A DNA stretch of 63,938 nt, counting the filler, from Vezdaea acicularis (lineage: Eukaryota), in assembly GCA_026025075.1 (NCBI GenBank). It is 3 parts of 3 records of this genome, joined end to end, with 100 filler letters (N's around TTAATTAATTAA, not from the genome) between each part and the next. Parts side by side here need not be neighbours in the genome. Positions count along the whole stretch, not along the records: positions 1 to 28,837 come from JAPEUI010000168.1; 2 more parts are not named here. One strand, given 5' to 3'. Shown here in pieces: positions 11,892 through 24,305 of this stretch. The notes beneath the pieces were generated by a model. It had not been told where the DNA came from. It saw only the letters and a list, made by a program, of their open reading frames with translations, and searched no databases. Position 1 is the stretch's first letter; the number at the start of each line of letters is the position of its first letter. A program made the translations under genes and the position numbers.

Positions 11892-13821
11892 TCATCTCTC
11901 TTTTCCCTTGATCTTTTTCGTCGGCGGTTTCCCAAACGCGTTCCTCTTCTCCTCCTCAGATGAATCGTCCTTGCTCCTCTTCGGGATAGGGTATGAGAAA
12001 CGCCTTGCCCCAAGCGCGAAGTGAGCTAGTCCAGGTGCTGGAAGTTTGCTGCGAGCGTGTCCGGAGGCACTGGTGACGCTTGACTCCCTATCGCTCATTT
12101 CAACGTCTCTGACCCCATTCGTTTTAGACTTCGAACTAATACCGCTCTTGCCTCGTAAAGGCTTGTTCATAGCGCCTGTGTTGCCGAAGCTCTTTGCCAC
12201 GACAGGGTTTGTCCCCGGAGCTTCACCAAACTGCCAAGCAACCCCGTTTTCGGCACCGTCCGCAGCTCTTGAGCGACTGTGAACCGAAAGACGATGGTAG
12301 AGCTGACTTGTAGCATGACTTTGCGCTGCGGGGATGACGGTGTTGATAGACACGCCACTCGAGGTGAGCAAGGATGACAAGGCTGAAGTGCTTGATGAAT
12401 TCCCATATGGGTCTGCGACAGAAGTGATGACTGGGGCGTACGGATCGACACCGTTGACGCCGTGTGTAGTTCCATTGGATGCTGAGCCATTCGGCTTTTC
12501 GGACATGGTGACATCTCCATTCTGCGATTTCGAGAGCTGAGCAATGAACTTTTGCAGCGTGGCAGAGACATCATCGTCATGCTGCTGTCCCGTGTCCGCG
12601 GCGGACTGTACAAGGCTTTCCAGTTCCGATGCAGTTGGGGGCGCGTCTTCGTCGTCTTCGTCGTCGAGCGTGCCGCCATTCGCCATTCGTAGAATCGCGT
12701 CGATCTGTTGTTGGTCAAGATTTAGTTGACCTTCACCTTCATCACGATCGGTGTCATTTTTTGCTTCTTTATCTACAGGTCCAGAGCCGTTAATGGCAGT
12801 GAAGCCATTGGTCTGACCATTTGCCATATCTTGATGTGGTTTGTCAGATATGTTGTTGATCTGTTTGAGCATTGCACTTGCAGCGTTGAGTGTTTTGACT
12901 AATTCTTCGGGCCGATCTTCCATTTCGGGAGTAAACACATGCTCATTGCTTGAGCGCGTCGAAACCCCTTGCTCGTTCACTTCCTCATCAACACTCATTG
13001 CATCAAGTTCATCTTGCTCGGAAATGCCGAGGATTGCGTTGATACCCTGCATAATCTCTGGATTACTTGCCATCGTACGCAGAGCTTCAGTAAATGGTCG
13101 CGAGTCAATTGCACCACGCTCGAGTGCTGTCTTCAATGCGCTGGCAGCGTCACTGTTTGGACCTTCATCTCCGTTCCCTACACCAAGGAGCGCATTCGCG
13201 AGCAGAAGACCTGCGGCGTTGATATCTTCGGATTGACCATCGATTGCTGACCCGAATAATCGATTGCCGATTTCAGGTTGGAAAGGAAAGCCACGAATCC
13301 GATCTCTTGTCTCACGTTTGGCTCGACGTTTGTCAAACTCAGCCTCACACCAAGCTATCATTTGAGGCGAGCTTCCATTTGGAAACAGCTTTTTGGCGCG
13401 TTTTGTTATACGGCAACGAAGATCGTTGTCCTTATCTGAGAAAATAATAAGTTTGGGGGTTGGGGTCTATCAGATATGAGATTTCAAAAAACTAGAAATT
13501 GAAGCTGGCCCTAAAGCCCTAGGGCTTCAATTAAACGCGAAAATAACAAAAGAACCCTGAATGTATAAACATACTTCTCTCAACATTACTTTCTCTCCAG
13601 CGCTTTTTCCGCTCTCTGTTTTCTTCTCGGACACGTTCTCGCTCTGCTGCGAGAAGTGGATCCTCTTTCCCGTCTGGGCGACGACTGTACAGAGTAGATG
13701 GATGACTGAGATGACTATCAGACCCTATGCGCCCCAAGTGATCATCATGGAAATTGCTGATCTGCCGGGCGACCCAGAGAGCAAGCTCGGTAGGATCTGA
13801 AGGAGTGTTGCTCAGATCCAT
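11892..13821 (-). CDS. DUF3020-like domain protein (2 exons)
   Basis: Intron 13436-13574 (gtatgt..cag) joins ERERVREENRERKKRWRESNVER to NKDNDLRCRITKRAKKLF...WCEAEFDKRRAKR, the pattern I associate with fungal DUF3020. Confidence 0.8.
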
Positions 13822-14029
13822 GCTCAAATTTGAATTTTGAAGAACATCTCTTTTGTCGAAGGTTTCGCCCGCATATGTCTTTAGGGCATCACGTGTTGGC
13901 GGGTTGGCGCTGTTAGGTTAGGTTCGGCTCGCTCTTGGCATCAGGGAGCTCCCAGACTAAACACGTTTCCTCGTCGCTTCAGAAGTTTGGACAATCTTGA
14001 GCCGTAAAACTTACCACCAAGACGTCACA

Positions 14030-15125
14030 ATGCGACTCTTACGGAGCATTCTACCTTCGCTTGTCGTGGCGGGGTCTATTGTGGTGGAGGCAGCATCATC
14101 GTGGAGCTTTGATGATGCTACTGTGTCAGTCTCTGGCAAAGGCGCTGCGGGCAGCGGCTTCAAAGAAAAGTATAGAATCCCGATCTAAAAAGACAATCTT
14201 TGCATTGCCTAAGAAAGAACGCTTGGCCGTTGTAAATTTCAAACTGACTCTTATTTTCTGTCTAGACTCAACGCCAAAGCTTCCCTTTCTGGCCCGGTCT
14301 CACTGGATCCGTCATCTACCCTTAAGATAATACTCACAACTACTGAAGATCGCAAACCCAAAAGACCACACCAAGCTTTTCTTCTGATTCAAGAGACCGA
14401 GTCTGGGCTCGAGACAGCTTACCCGTTCTCTGTCAAAGAAAGCGGTAAAGGGAAAGTTGAGCTTGTATGTCAGCGGTACCTGAATACAATTCTTCCATAT
14501 TAACACATGTATAGTCCCAAAAAGAGCTGCCCCAGCAGCTTCTCACTGCGCCCTCTCCTTTAGCAGCAACGATAGTCATTGGCTCATTCGGGACTGCCGT
14601 GGGACACAGCTCTAAGGTCTTTGACTTAGAGCTCACACACGACCCATCTACTCCCCTCAAACCAGTCGACAAGCCATTACGCTATGGCAAGCTGCCGGAA
14701 ATCCACCATATATTCCGCGCGGACCCAAAAAGCCCACCTAAGATCATCTCCTTATTCTTCACTCTCGCAGTGCTTGCCAGTGTACCTCTGCTGCTAGGTG
14801 TCGTAAGTGCCCCAGGTTTCTCTACCTCTCGGCTTCGTCTTTCCATTTAGGGTTACTTGAATCAAAGCTGACAACCTGCTTTTAGTGGCTTGTGCTCTCT
14901 GCTAACATCTCTGCTCTTCCTACCGCGCTCTCTAGTGCTCCGGTCGCGCACATCCTCTTTCTCGGATCCCTGCTATCCCTTGAGGGAATCTTCTTCCTTT
15001 ATTACACATCATGGAACCTGTTTCAAACCCTTCCGGCTGCTGCAGTCGCTGGCTCCATTGCATTCGTTAGCGGATCTCGAGCACTTAGCGAAGTCCAAGC
15101 ACGTCGGTTAAAAGGAGAATGGTAG
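14030..15125 (+). CDS. SWP1: Oligosaccharyltransferase subunit ribophorin II / Swp1 (4 exons)
   Basis: Signal peptide, WSFDDATVSV, RPHQAFLL, RYGKLPEIHHIFRADPKSPPKIISLFF, three C-terminal TM segments, ending GSRALSEVQARR. Confidence 0.92.
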
Positions 15126-15369
15126 AACATTTTAGGCGCAATAGGTTTTAAAAAAAAGTATGTAAGATAGTCAGCGTGTTGCATATATCTTTCAATCCTG
15201 GCGGTTTTGCCGTGACTCCACACGCCAATTTGTTTGGCTGTCATTTACCCTAAGCTCTCACTTTCCATGCTTTCTTGTGAATCAAGTCGATGCAGCTGAT
15301 CTGACTTGTCTTGAACTGCGTCTAAATAAACTTTCTTAACAAACTTGCGCTTTATGCCTCAATGAAAAC

Positions 15370-16007
15370 CTATGCTCCACCCACTACTCTCCCCCCTAAC
15401 TTGTCCACAATACCCCTTCTCAGGCCCAGATCACGCTCAATGCTTTCCGCACTCATTCTGTTCTCATCTCTCATCGAGATGATCTGCCGTATCGTAACGG
15501 CATCCAGATATCTCCTCCCCTGATAACCCTTCCTTCCCAACATCAAGAATTCCTCTTCGGCTTCCGTGTTGATTCTTGAGCGAGCGGACAGCACGTCTAA
15601 TGCTGCATTGTGTAGAATTTGAGGAGCGGGGTTGGATGTCGCCATTGAGGGGTTTGTACTGGGCGAATTTGAGGAGTGGGAGGGTTGGCCGAAGGAGGAA
15701 TCAACAGCGCCGAGACTGCGGAGAGATGCAGCGAATGTGGGATCTTGGCCATCCATTGAGATTGCTACGCTGTATCAGCAGTTGCTTCCATTGTTTCGTA
15801 GTGGAGAGGGAGAGTTGTCGTACAGGAATCCTTCGATTCACTGGCCAGTGGCCTCTCGCGAGCTTTTTGTGCATTCCGAATGGCGCTATCCGCTGCTGGG
15901 GCTGCCGGACTTGTAGAAGTCGGATTCGACAATGGGGAAGTGTGCGTGGGATATTTGCGTGGCATCTGTTTAGCAGTCCGGGCTGCTTTGGAGCTCGAGG
16001 CGCCCAT
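15370..16007 (-). CDS. Conserved fungal protein with N-myristoylation-like start and C-terminal helix-turn-helix-like segment (2 exons)
   Basis: MGASSSKAAR..RKYP exon spliced (gtacga..ctgat..tag) to DGQDPTFAASLRSLGAV...RRYLDAVTIRQIISMRD...IERDLGLRRGIVDKLG. Confidence 0.75.
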
Positions 16008-16212
16008 GTTGAAGGAACAGGATAGGCCGCTTTTGCTGTTGATGCAGGAGGAGACATTTGTCGGCGGTTGATGACGGAGATGGACGGGATGTTCCGCGCT
16101 CAACCCCGGAGCGGAACTTCGGAAAAATTTAGCGGATCGGCGGAAAGGCATAAACGCGACATCACGCGGAACGAGATCCTAAGATGGTCTGCCATTTATA
16201 CAGTCTATTTCC

Positions 16213-17390
16213 TCACCATGCAGAATGACCGCCATCCATTCTGAGATCCGAACCGGTCATGAAGCTACTTGCATCACTGATCAAGAAGACCGCGGCCCCG
16301 CGATACTCTTCCGGCTTCGACAATTTTCCAAGCATATTCTGCGTGGGCCAATCCTCTCGCCTCTCAGGATATCTCTTGAAGAGTTCTTCCACCATAGCCG
16401 TTACGATATAGCCAGGCGAGATAGTGTTCACTCGGATGCCATAAGTGCCCCATTCCGAGGCCAGATTTCGAGCAAGCTGCAAGACGCCGGCTTTAGATGC
16501 GTTGTATGCTGGACATATGAGTCCCTAATCCCGTTATCAGTGCTTTATGGTTCACTGTGTAAGAGAAACATTTGGAGAATGCTGCTCCTCACCCTATTCG
16601 CAATTGTTGCGCTCATACTCGCAATCATGGCAATACTTCCTCCATTTCCAAATCGAATCATCTGCTTGGCCGCCGCCTGCGCGGTCATGAAAACACCAGT
16701 AATGTTTACCTCAAACATCGTATTTGCATCTTTAGCCGTGTACTCTAGTGCCGGAGTCTCTTGCTGAATTCCTGCTGCCGCGACGAGCCCATCAAGCCGC
16801 TCATGCTCATTTCCAATTGCTTCAACGATCTTATTGAGCTCGGGGACGTCCCGCACGTCAATTCGCCGGTAGTGAAGGCTTGTACCTAGCTCCTTTTGAG
16901 CGCGTTCTTGTACTCTGTGAAAGTCGGCGGAGGGTTCGGGGAGCCGGTCAAGAGCGTAAACTGTTGTTGGGGAAACGTCAAAACCTTGTTCCTGCTATGC
17001 CGTAGCATGCCTGGTACGATCTGAACTCTGATGCACAGGGTCTGCAGAAGTCGCCCTCTATCACATACCTGTGGCGCCAGCTTCCAATAATGCCTCTGCC
17101 TGAGTAAGACCTAGCCCGCGTGCTGCGCCAGAGACGAGAACCACCTTGCCCGCTAGATTGAACTCGGGCAAGCGTTTTGTCGTGCCTAGGAAGACGGGAG
17201 GAGTTTCTCCAGCATCCAGGCTGGAGTGTTCTGTAGAAGGGGGATTGGGTGGACCGCTGGTCGACTTCGATGGCGTATTGAGAGCTTGTAACGAGGAGAA
17301 CGTGCGAATCCTTAGGAGAGGAATTGGCACGAGCTTCGTACCTCTTGTACGTAACGCTGCGTGAGGTAGTCTTCGCAAGGCAGCGGCCAT
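16213..17390 (-). CDS. Short-chain dehydrogenase/reductase, D-arabinitol 2-dehydrogenase-like (3 exons), with mitochondrial-type presequence
   Basis: SGAARGLG cofactor motif, LVAAAGIQQ, IASMSATIANR, catalytic YNASK, RVNTISPGYIVT, TGSDLRMDGG; GT-AG introns join the ORF-track pieces. Confidence 0.9.
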
Positions 17391-17712
17391 TTCCGGGAAA
17401 GGAAAGGAGATTGGATTGCACAGGCTGAGGGAGTGCGACCTTTCCCTCTAGGTCAGATATTCTAATGATCTGGTATCGGATTACTGAGGAGGCGCTGCAT
17501 AAAGGTTCCACAAGCTACATGGCGCGGGGTGGAAAACTGCCCCTCGCTTCGCGCCTTCGGTTGAGGAAGGAAGTCAGCGGCAAAACTTTTGGGACTTCCG
17601 TGGAACCGTAATTACCAAGCAAATAACAAATAACAGGGTACGCAAGGATGTGCATATCTTCCAAACCCGATGCTGGATATTCTGCTCTCAAAGGATCTCT
17701 CTGGCCTAATAG

Positions 17713-19425
17713 ATGACCATGGCAGCTTTCACGCAGGCCCCTCCAGTTCTCTCTACGCCCGACTCTCGGATTTTCGAGGAGCCTACTCCAGTAATCGTTA
17801 ATAGGCTAGGCAATGAACGCCTTCCAAATGATGAGCTGAGAGAGAGGTATGAGGTTGAGCGGACTGCAAAGGAGATATGTGAGCACGAGTGGGGGAGAAT
17901 TGCACTTCAGTTTCCGGATGAGATGCTGAGGGATGGACCAAGGGTTTTTGAGAGTCTACGGCAGGAGCTGTATAAACTGGACAATGATATACGCGCCGTT
18001 CAGGAGGCCGTGAGTGACATGATTACCGACACGGCGAAGGCCAATACCCTTGATGAAGGACTCAATAAGCCGTCCAGGCTGGAGCGGAAGCTATACATTC
18101 TGGCAGATACTTCGTATGGAGCTTGCTGCGTGGACGAGATTGCCGCAGAACATGTCAGCGCTGATGTAGTTGTGCATTACGGCCGGGCTTGTCTCTCTCC
18201 GACTTCGCGACTACCGGTCATACATGTCTTCACCTCTCAGCCGCTTGACACCATTGAGGTCGTACAAGCCTTTAAGAACACCTTTCCAGGACATGCCGAG
18301 AAGGTAATACTTATGGCTGACGTCACATACTCAAGCCATATGTCCGCAATCTACGAGGCCGTAATTCAAGAAGGCTATACTGCTGTTTTCTCAACCTCCA
18401 TAGTCCACAATCCCTCATCACCGCTTCCTAACCGGACACTACCACAAGAAGTGGCGGGAGATGAGACCTCGTTGGAGGACTATCATCTCTTTCATATCTC
18501 AGAACCACCAGCGAGTCTGCTCTTGACCATTTCTTCAAGAGTAAAGTCTATTCATATATTTCCAACACATAATACCACTGTTGCATCACGAACACTAGAG
18601 GTGTCAACGGCAATGACGTTGCGCCGGCGCTACGCTCTCCTTACATCGCTCTCGACTGCGTCGATATTTGGCATTCTCATAAACACACTATCTGTGAAGA
18701 ACTACCTCCACATCGTTGATCACGTCAAAGCGCAAATTGCTGCTGCCGGAAAGAAGAGCTATACCTTCGTGGTCGGAAAGGTTAATGCGGCGAAGGTTGC
18801 AAATTTCAGTGAGGTAGGGGGGTGGGTCGTCATTGGCTGCTGGGAAAGCAGCTTGATTGAGAGCAAGGACTTTTGGAAACCGATCATCACACCATTCGAG
18901 CTTGGCTTGGCGCTGCAGGATGATAGGAGTCGGGTGTGGACTGGGGAATGGAAGAGTGACTTCAACGATATATTGAGGACTGAAGGAGAAAACCAGGAGC
19001 ATGCGCTGGCAGTTGATGCTGCATCTAATCTAGAAGAAACTCCGCATGATATTGCATCATTGGAGATAGATTCGGAAACAGAGTCGGCTCCGCCCGAGTT
19101 TGATCTGCGCACGGGCCGTTACGTCTCGCACTCGAGGCCTATGCGGCTCAACGCGCCTGTTCCAACTGCTTCAACAGGAAGCAAAGAACCCAATTCTACT
19201 GCTCTCATCAACCGTACTAACGGAGACTTGACCACCATAGGCGGTGAGGTATCTCCCGCAGCCGAATACCTGCGCTCGAAAAGGACATGGAAGGGCCTTG
19301 GAAGCGACTTTGAGATCGCATACGAGGATGGTGTTGACGGTCAAAGAGCGGGCGCGCAGATCGAAGAGGGTAGAGCTGGTGTTGCTAAGGGATACACAGC
19401 CGGTCATAGCAGCGCCAAGTCCTGA
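17713..19425 (+). CDS. DPH2: Diphthamide biosynthesis protein 2
   Basis: RIALQFPDEML, YILADTSYGACCVDEIAAEHV.ADVVVHYGRACLSP, VGKVNAAKVANF, PIITPFEL, RTWKGLGSD, IEEGRAGVAKGY. Confidence 0.95.
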   Translation: MTMAAFTQAPPVLSTPDSRIFEEPTPVIVNRLGNERLPNDELRERYEVERTAKEICEHEWGRIALQFPDEMLRDGPRVFESLRQELYKLDNDIRAVQEAVSDMITDTAKANTLDEGLNKPSRLERKLYILADTSYGACCVDEIAAEHVSADVVVHYGRACLSPTSRLPVIHVFTSQPLDTIEVVQAFKNTFPGHAEKVILMADVTYSSHMSAIYEAVIQEGYTAVFSTSIVHNPSSPLPNRTLPQEVAGDETSLEDYHLFHISEPPASLLLTISSRVKSIHIFPTHNTTVASRTLEVSTAMTLRRRYALLTSLSTASIFGILINTLSVKNYLHIVDHVKAQIAAAGKKSYTFVVGKVNAAKVANFSEVGGWVVIGCWESSLIESKDFWKPIITPFELGLALQDDRSRVWTGEWKSDFNDILRTEGENQEHALAVDAASNLEETPHDIASLEIDSETESAPPEFDLRTGRYVSHSRPMRLNAPVPTASTGSKEPNSTALINRTNGDLTTIGGEVSPAAEYLRSKRTWKGLGSDFEIAYEDGVDGQRAGAQIEEGRAGVAKGYTAGHSSAKS

Positions 19426-20706
19426 AAGAATGGTGACACGACACCGACTCAAGAACTGTTGTGGCCCATGGGCAAAGTACGAAGCGCGATGACTCTATAG
19501 AGGTCCTAGCTTCACGCCTGATGCTATTTAAGTTTGGCAGGTCTGTTCAGAGTCCCACTGCAGTATTCTTATAAGTTAGACATTGCTGCATCTACCACTC
19601 TCATCGACCATTGCCCTCATCACCGCAATGTACAGTCGTTCTGTACCTCTGCCATACGCTCTTCTCGGATGAAGCTTCGAGGCTTATAGAGACGGGAAAG
19701 GAGCGGAAAGCCCATATGAGGCTCATGAGTGACGCGGGGGGCTGCACGCTGCTGTTTACTGAGGCGGTTTCGACGGTCCATGACTGCTTTGGTGGCTTAA
19801 GAGCACTATGCGTGAGGATTTCCAAGGTCGATAGCATCTTAATCTCGTCGATGGTATCAGAGGTCAAGAGGCTCATGAACTCCTGGGCGGCAAGCATGGG
19901 GTTTAGGTTGTGGACGTCCACTCTGGGTAAATGGGGTATGTTTTCTTTAGATTTCCAGTCTCACTATAGCATATAACGTGGTGTACTAATCTATCATCTA
20001 GTATAACATGCCAGGAGAATGTTCGGAGTATGCATCTAGAGGATTGTGCGGCTACAGGGCGACCTATAACAGAGCATCTTCGAGTTATTTTATGGGTTGG
20101 TGTTAAGAAGGCGCGCCTCCAATATCATTGGTCCGAGGGCATGTTACCAACACAGGATTCGTATTTTCACTCTTGGCTTTAGAGAAACTAACTGCGAGTT
20201 AGCCCTAAGTCTGAATGATATACCATCTCTGTTCATAGTGTTTTCTCGAAGTCAATCAAAGTTGGATATTACATATGGCCAGAGCATGCGGTAAAAGTGC
20301 GGTGTGCAATGGTATGCACGTTTGCGTTGTTGCTGAGTTCTGGTGCCAGCCTACGTGCTAGCACATCAGACCCTTAATATGCACGTCTGTGTGGCACAAT
20401 GAGCTGTTCCAATGATAATCTCATTTGACCTTCGCAAAACGCTTAGGGGTCTCGTGCCTTCTCTACAGTGAGGCAAGGGTCCGTCTGTGAGCGCTCGCTT
20501 CGGTAAACTTCGGCCACGACTTCCCTGTCCCGCACGAACACTCAAGGGATTCAAGCAAGAAGCTATGACTCCTGCGGCCTGCCCACAAGGGCTGCGTTGC
20601 TCCAAACAACACACAAAAGACCATGTATTATTTCTCATGTCTGCGCGATCAAGGCTGGGTTCCTTTCAATTTACAAAAGTTTGAATTCTGAGAACAAACA
20701 CTTAAC

Positions 20707-22881
20707 ATGTCACTCGTACCATACCCTTCCCAAGATCGTCAAATCGTGCTGTAAGTAGCTCTGCCCGGCTCCGCTCACCTCACTGCACCGTTCTACTCAA
20801 GCCTTTTGTCCCCCTTGTGTTCTTCAAGCTATTTCTAATTGGTACCTTACCTATGTAGCCGACATAATGATTCCGTCGTTGTGTTCGATGCACAGTCGCG
20901 ACAGCTTATACTGCGAGATGCCGCAAACGAAGTCGAAGTAACAACCTGTCCGTACTGCCACCAACTGCTACGAGACGACTCTGCAAGCAATGACCACACC
21001 CGTCGACCCAGCACGGCGGATGCTGACCCTTCATTTGTGAATCCAGAATACTTCCGTATGCTGCATGGGAGTAATGTGGGTTCTGCTGAGTCGTCTCGTC
21101 CGGCTTCCCCCAGACGACGTTGGGCTCCTCAAATAGAGCTGGGAGAGAGTTCATCAACGGTGTCACAACCTCGGAGTGGTGAATCCACTGAGAACTCTAC
21201 AGACCCCGAGAAGAGTCCTCATGGGATATCGGCTGCGGCGTTTTCACAAGACTATTTCAAGAAATTCTTTGTCGTCGAGGGAGAGCTCGGTCGTGGCGGC
21301 AAAGGAGTTGTCTTTCTGGTCAAGCATGTTCTGGACAACGTCTCACTAGGGCAGTTCGCGTGCAAACGAGTCCCAGTGGGAGACGACCATCAATGGCTAG
21401 AGAAAGTCTTGATTGAGGTTCAGCTGCTACAAAACCTCTCCCATCAGAACCTGGTTTCGTACAGACACGTTTGGCTTGAGGACGTCAAACTGACAAACTT
21501 TGGGCCAAGTGTGCCATGCGCCTTTATTTTGCAACAGTTCTGTAACGCAGGGGACTTGCAGCAGTACATAATCTCACCAATTCAAACCACGGCAACGGCT
21601 GAACAGCTCAAGAATCGCATGCGCCGTCGATCAAAAGGGGATCCGGAACCCCCTCTGAATTTGCAAGCACCGCGCAAGCTCAAGTTCGATGACATCTACC
21701 TTTTCTTCAGTGACATCACTGAGGGGCTGAACCACCTCCACACAAATGGCTACATACACCGTGACTTGAAACCGTCAAACTGCCTCCTCCACAAGACCGG
21801 TGACAAGATGCGCGTGCTAGTCAGCGATTTTGGTGAAGTTCAGCTCGAGAACAAGAGCCGGCGCTCCTCTGGCGCCACTGGCACAATCTCCTACTGCGCT
21901 CCCGAAGTGCTGCAGCGTTCGTCCCCTGACGGGCCCTTTGGTAACTTCACCAACAAATCCGACGTCTTCTCCCTTGGCATGATCCTATACTTCATGTGCT
22001 TCGGTAGGCTGCCTTATCCCTCCTCTGACAGCGTCCATGAAGAGAACGAAGATATCGAACAATTGCGTGCCGAGATCTCCGCCTGGCGCGGCATCGATGA
22101 GGCGGCGGGCGTGCACTCAGGGCTGGAAATCAAGATGTACAAGTTCTTGAAGCGCTTGCTGTCGCTCAACCCGGCCGAGCGCCCGTCCGCGGAGGATATA
22201 CTGCTCGGGCTCAAGTCCGGCGGCATCGGTGATTCCTCCCTGCCAGGTCCTTCGGGTAGCGTCCTCGAGGAGATACGCTCAGATAGTCCGCGTCCTGAAA
22301 AGACACCCACCCGCCGCTCTGGCGGTGGCGGCGGAGTGACTTCAAGCCTTACCCGTGCTCCGCCGCCTAGGTTGCGGCCACAGAGCATGTCTAGATCCTC
22401 CTCACAGCAAAGCGCACCTGTCCCGATCCCGTCCCCGCCACTCTCCGCCTCTTCCGTCTCCTCTTCGCTCATCATCCACCCCAGCCGACCACTCTCTTCT
22501 CATTCGCAGAAACAGAAACTGTTGCCTCCCGCCCCTTCACCAACGTCCATGCTACCGCGGCTGCTACGCCGACAGCCTCTTGTGTCTAGACGGGAGGCGG
22601 TGCTGCTACTGCGCATAGCAATTTTTGTGGTTAAGCTTGCCTCGCTGATGCAGGGGTGTTCGCCAGCAGCTGTGAACCCATGGGTAGGGTGGCCCCTTGT
22701 ACTCGTGGCGGCAGGGGAGATGGTTGGATTGGCGGGTGATAGAGGCTTGTGGGAAGGCTGGGGGATCAGGGCGGTGCTGTTGAGTCTGCACCTGGGGATG
22801 CTGGGGGCAGCGCAGTGGTGGGGAGCGCTTTGCGTGCGTGGGAGGAGGCGGGAGGAGCTAGGGCAATTGGGAGAGTGGTGA
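20707..22881 (+). CDS. IKS1: IKS1-family Ser/Thr protein kinase with C-terminal hydrophobic segments (2 exons)
   Basis: Exon 1 MSLVPYPSQDRQIVL (gtaagt donor) joined to RHNDSVVVFD; CPYC; LGRGGKGVV, FACKRVPVGDDHQWLEKVLIEV, HRDLKPSN, SDFGE, TGTISYCAPE. Confidence 0.9.
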
Positions 22882-23851
22882 AATAATGTTGCTGCTAAGA
22901 TGAAGGAGAGTGTACCATAGGAGAGACTGAAGGAACATGGGTGGAGGACCACCACCGGGTTTGTACTCTAAGCTGGAAGCTCCACTCGAGCTATACTGGC
23001 CGTCCCTGAGGAGATGGCTGGCTGAAAGGATATGTTCGAACCTTGCTACTACCCCAAACATTTACATAATCAAACATCCGACATCTAGTGCATTAACTTA
23101 CACCAGCCAATCCCAACATCTGAACACGGCCCACCGTTTGCATTTCGATCCTCCACCCCTCCGCCCCACCTCAGCATGAAGCGCGCTACAGTAACTTATG
23201 TGCCAGTCCCAGCATTTTTCGGGAGACTTCGGCGGTTCGAGCGAGAGAGAGAGAGCGGGGCTGCGAATAGCCGCCCCAGCCATGCACTCATCCATGCCAA
23301 CTCTTCATGCGGCTCGCCGCTCGAGCATTGCAGACTGACCAATCAGCGTGAGGGAGTGGCCCCAGCCTTGTGTAACCACACCGTCTTGTCGGGGTGGTGA
23401 TTCGCTTGGTGTCTCTCTGTGTCTATGTCTTTCTGTCTTTGCGTCTTTGCGTCTTTGCGTCATGCCTACGGCTGATCACTTGCTGGCTCGGAGCTTGGAT
23501 TCTCTCGACCCCGCTTTGAGAGAAGAGGGGGTGGGGGGGTATTTAGGTGGAGGATGTTCCGCTGGTGAGACGGCTTTTGGTCTGTTTTCTTTGTTAGGCG
23601 CTGCCTAGAATCTTGTTGATCGTTCTTGTGGATACGTCTTCCGGTTCAGTTCAAAGCCTTTTATTGCAAAGTCTTGACTTAGAGGCAAAGGATACCTCTT
23701 TACTATACTACCACGGTATATAGCTTCCTAATCGGCCAATCCCTCCCTCTCTCAGACCTCACCACTCACGTCCTCAACCTCTTTCCCCTTCGACCACCTC
23801 AAGTCGAGCATTCAAATTCAACCATACCTTTTCACCGTCCTCCAATCGACG

Positions 23852-24100
23852 ATGAAGCTCACTCTCTCCCCCTTCCTCGCGGGCCTGGCTCTCAGCCCTT
23901 TAGTAGCGGCAGGACCCATTGGATACGCCGTCTGCCAAGGCGGGTGCGCAAGTGTCGTGATGGCTTGTTATGCAGCGGGCGGGGCCACCTGGGGCGCTAC
24001 GCTTGGAGCAACCGCGCCGGCGACTATTGTGGCGTGTAACAGTGCTTATGGGACTTGTCAGGCTGCTTGTGCGGCGGTTTTGTTGGTGCCGTTGCCGTGA
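23852..24100 (+). CDS. Small secreted cysteine-rich protein (82 aa), resembling the 'zygote-specific protein'-like family
   Basis: Signal peptide, then GPIGYAVCQGGCASVVMACYAAGG...ACNSAYGTCQAAC (6 Cys); TATA-like ggtatatag and a CT-rich leader upstream. Confidence 0.85.
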   Translation: MKLTLSPFLAGLALSPLVAAGPIGYAVCQGGCASVVMACYAAGGATWGATLGATAPATIVACNSAYGTCQAACAAVLLVPLP

Positions 24101-24305
24101 ATAGGGGTAAGTGTCTCTTTATTTATTGGAGGGGGGGTTGCTGAGTCGGGAATAGGGTGTAGAGTTGGTAGGTGTGGAGAAGGTGATGGGAGAAGGAGGA
24201 AGCGGATTAGATTGACGGCGAGCATATTTGACGCGAGATCGAGGTACACAAGATGCATTGAAACGCTTTTGTAGGGGAATGAAAAGGGTATCCGCCGCAA
24301 TCCAA

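Noticed and set aside
19601..19976. 106-aa and 121-aa opposite-strand ORFs between DPH2 and IKS1
   Set aside because: No convincing start, exon structure or motif.
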